Part shown: one piece after another, positions 24,889-27,221 of the stretch
How the letters are laid out: every line of letters begins with the position of its first letter
Numbering within the stretch: the first letter of the stretch is position 1
Assembly (NCBI GenBank): GCA_963836205.1
Contig: CAWIIV010000003.1
Coordinates: 1-27,221, forward strand
Length of the DNA: 27,221 nucleotides
Reading direction: 5' to 3'
DNA from: an uncultured Acidimicrobiia bacterium
Lineage (GTDB): Bacteria; Actinomycetota; Acidimicrobiia; Acidimicrobiales; AC-14
The notes under the pieces: model-generated
Told to the model about the DNA's origin: nothing
The model's input: the letters and a program-made list of their open reading frames with translations, nothing else
Databases searched by the model: none
Position numbers and translations under genes: made by a program

Positions 24889-26961
24889 ATGACGACGGGG
24901 CGCAGGGTGCGGGGCCAGGCCGCCGTCGTCACCTTCCTGGCCGTCGCCCTAGTGGCGTTCGGCGCCTGCGGCCAGGGCTCACGGAAGGCCGACGCCAGCC
25001 TCGAGGAACGGATCGACGCCCTGGCCGCGGAAGGACTCGTCGCCGGTCCGCTGGCGGGCATGTCGATCGCGGTCGTCCGAGATGGGCGGACCGTCGTGTC
25101 GAAGGGCTATGGCCTGGCCGATGTCGACCGAGGGATCCCGGCGACGGAGGACACCGTCTACCGCATCGGCTCCCTCACCAGGCAGTTCACCGCCGCCGCC
25201 GTCCTCCAGCTGGTCGAGGCGGGGCAGCTCAGCCTCGACGACGACCTCGCCACGTCGCTTCCCGACTTCCCCAGCAAGGGACGTCGCGTCACCGTCCGGC
25301 ACCTCCTCAACCACACGTCGGGGATCAGGAACCACACCGACCTGCCGGGGGGCCGGGCCGAAGCGGGCACCACCCTCCAGTCGGTGGTCGACCTGATTGC
25401 CGCCCAGCCGTTCGACTTCGACCCGGGCCAGCGCTTCCGCTACTCGAGCTCGGACTACGTCCTCCTCGGGCTCGTCATCGAGAGGGTCACCGGCGGCAGC
25501 TACGCCTCGTACCTCGACGACCACGTCCTCGAGCCCCTCGGACTGCGGCAGACGTCGTATTGCCCGGACGGGCCGGAGGGGTCGGGACAGGCCCGTGGCT
25601 ACGCAGTGGCCGACGGGGAGTTGGTCGACGCCCCGCCCATCGAGATGGCGGTGCCTTTCGCCGCCGGGGGGCTGTGCTCGACGGTGGGTGACCTGATGAC
25701 CTGGAGTCAGGCGTTGCGCGACGGGCGAGTCGTCTCCGACGCGTCGTACCGGCTGATGACGACGCCCACCGAGCTGGCCGACGGGACCACCGAGCCCTAC
25801 GGGTTCGGCCTGACGATGGCTCCCCTCCAGGGCCACGCCGCGGAGTTCGACTCCGGCTCCACCACCGGCTTCATGGGCAGCCTCACCTTCTTTCCCTACG
25901 CGTCGGTCACGGTCGCACTCCTGGCCAACACCCAGATCGAGGGGTCCGGACTCGGTCCGCTGGCCGCTCCGGTCGACGCCGCCGCCCTCGGCATCGCCGA
26001 GGACCCCATCCGTCTCGATGCCACCACCCGAGGGCAGGTGATCGATGCCGTGCTCTCCCGAATTCGGGACGGGTACGTCTTCCCGGACCGGGCCGAGGAG
26101 ATGGAGCGAGCCGTTCGCGCCCGCCAGGCGGCCCACGAGTACGACGACGTGACCAGCGGCCCTGCCCTGGCCCGGCTCCTCACGGCCCACCTCCAGGAGG
26201 TGAGTCACGACAAGCACCTGCACGTCGACTACTTCTTCGGCGCGCTCGGCCCCGTCGGGTCGCCGCCCGACCAACAGCAGATGGCGGAGCGGGCCCATTT
26301 CGGCGTCGAGCGCGTCAACCGCCTTCCGGGCAACGTCGGCTACATCAACCTGACCGGGTTCGTTCCCGCGGAGGGAGTGGAGGCGGCGGTGGCGGAAGCG
26401 ATGGCGGCCGTGCACGACGCCGATGCCCTGATCTTCGACCTTCGGGACAACGGCGGTGGCGACCCGCGCATCGTGGCCCTGATCAGCTCCTATCTCTTCG
26501 GGGAGGAGCCCGTGCACCTCAACGACATCTACCGGCGACAGGGAGTGCTCCCCGAGCAGCTCTGGACGCAGCGGGACGTCGTCGGGCCGCGCTTCGGCCC
26601 CGACAAGGCTGTCTACGTCCTGACCAGCAGATTCACCTTCTCGGCCGCGGAGGCGTTCGCCTACGACCTGCAGGCCCTCGGGCGGGCCACCATCGTGGGG
26701 GAGACGACAGCCGGGGGCGCCCACCTGAGCGACGCCGGACCGCTCGTTCTCGGATTCGACATGTTGCTTCCGACCGGGCGGGCAGTGAGCCCCGTCACGG
26801 GGACCGACTGGGAGGGCACCGGTGTGATCCCCGACGTGCCGGTGTCGGCCGCCTCCGCCCTCGACACGGCGACGTCGATGGCCCGCCAGGCGCTCGCCGA
26901 GGGACTCACGGGGGCGATCGGCGACGAAACGGTCGCTGCCCCCTCCAACCCGGCCCCGTGA
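24889..26961 (+). CDS. Lipoprotein: beta-lactamase/AmpC-like domain fused to an S41 peptidase, 690 aa
   Basis: GGAGG SD before ATG 24889; FGAC lipobox; YRIGSLTRQF, LLNHTSG, AAGGLCST; then DLRDNGGG, TFSAAE, GETTAGG, WEGTGVIPD. Confidence 0.88.
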   Translation: MTTGRRVRGQAAVVTFLAVALVAFGACGQGSRKADASLEERIDALAAEGLVAGPLAGMSIAVVRDGRTVVSKGYGLADVDRGIPATEDTVYRIGSLTRQFTAAAVLQLVEAGQLSLDDDLATSLPDFPSKGRRVTVRHLLNHTSGIRNHTDLPGGRAEAGTTLQSVVDLIAAQPFDFDPGQRFRYSSSDYVLLGLVIERVTGGSYASYLDDHVLEPLGLRQTSYCPDGPEGSGQARGYAVADGELVDAPPIEMAVPFAAGGLCSTVGDLMTWSQALRDGRVVSDASYRLMTTPTELADGTTEPYGFGLTMAPLQGHAAEFDSGSTTGFMGSLTFFPYASVTVALLANTQIEGSGLGPLAAPVDAAALGIAEDPIRLDATTRGQVIDAVLSRIRDGYVFPDRAEEMERAVRARQAAHEYDDVTSGPALARLLTAHLQEVSHDKHLHVDYFFGALGPVGSPPDQQQMAERAHFGVERVNRLPGNVGYINLTGFVPAEGVEAAVAEAMAAVHDADALIFDLRDNGGGDPRIVALISSYLFGEEPVHLNDIYRRQGVLPEQLWTQRDVVGPRFGPDKAVYVLTSRFTFSAAEAFAYDLQALGRATIVGETTAGGAHLSDAGPLVLGFDMLLPTGRAVSPVTGTDWEGTGVIPDVPVSAASALDTATSMARQALAEGLTGAIGDETVAAPSNPAP

Positions 26962-27221
26962 TCGGGCGGCAGTGGCCGTGGCCCAGACCCCGACGCAGGC
27001 TCGTTCGAGGACCGGGCTCGACGCTTGATCCGCCGACGGTGGGCCACCACGAGACGACCGATATGGAGACCCTCCGGGGGGAGCATCGAATTGAAATCAT
27101 CGTCTTCATTTTGGGAGTCTTCGCTCAAGCATTCAGTTAACGAAGGCCGAATCGATCGACACTGCGAACACATCACCGCAGGTCAGAGGAAGTGCCGAGG
27201 AACCGTGCGGCAGAAAGCCCG

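Noticed and set aside
26661-27176. 171-aa minus-strand ORF
   Set aside because: More than half is antisense to the S41 domain and it has no recognisable motifs.

Overview
High-GC actinobacterial DNA (Acidimicrobiia-like gene content, several leaderless genes). Blocks from 5' to 3': (1) small hypothetical and Zn-ribbon genes; (2) a group 1h ('group 5', Hhy-type) [NiFe]-hydrogenase small and large subunit pair followed after 18 nt by a soluble PAS histidine kinase, with no maturation genes in the window; (3) a UBP-type Zn finger, a SufS-like PLP enzyme divergent from a MOSC protein, a conserved hypothetical, an F420/NADP oxidoreductase, a KdpE-like relic and a lipoprotein; (4) a lower-GC insertion with a MazF/PemK toxin-antitoxin pair, a P-loop ATPase and an asparaginase-fold protein lacking its catalytic residues, ending in a truncated methyltransferase; (5) DUF2237 and a Thr-rich exported protein; (6) an NRPS-free gene cluster: SbnA-like, SbnB-like, OTC-fold carbamoyltransferase, SAM methyltransferase, YbdK ligase, CDGSH protein, heme-oxygenase-like diiron enzyme and PuuD-like glutamyl hydrolase; (7) an EEP lipoprotein, a Zn-ribbon protein and a beta-lactamase-like/S41 peptidase fusion. 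Two clear and one probable single-base frameshifts suggest assembly indels. The best candidates for undescribed systems are the Hhy plus PAS-kinase unit (possible trace-H2 sensor), the Dap/ureido/diiron-oxidase cluster and the ATPase plus pseudo-asparaginase island. No rRNA, tRNA, CRISPR array, integrase or transposase was recognised. All family calls come from motifs read by eye, not from database searches.
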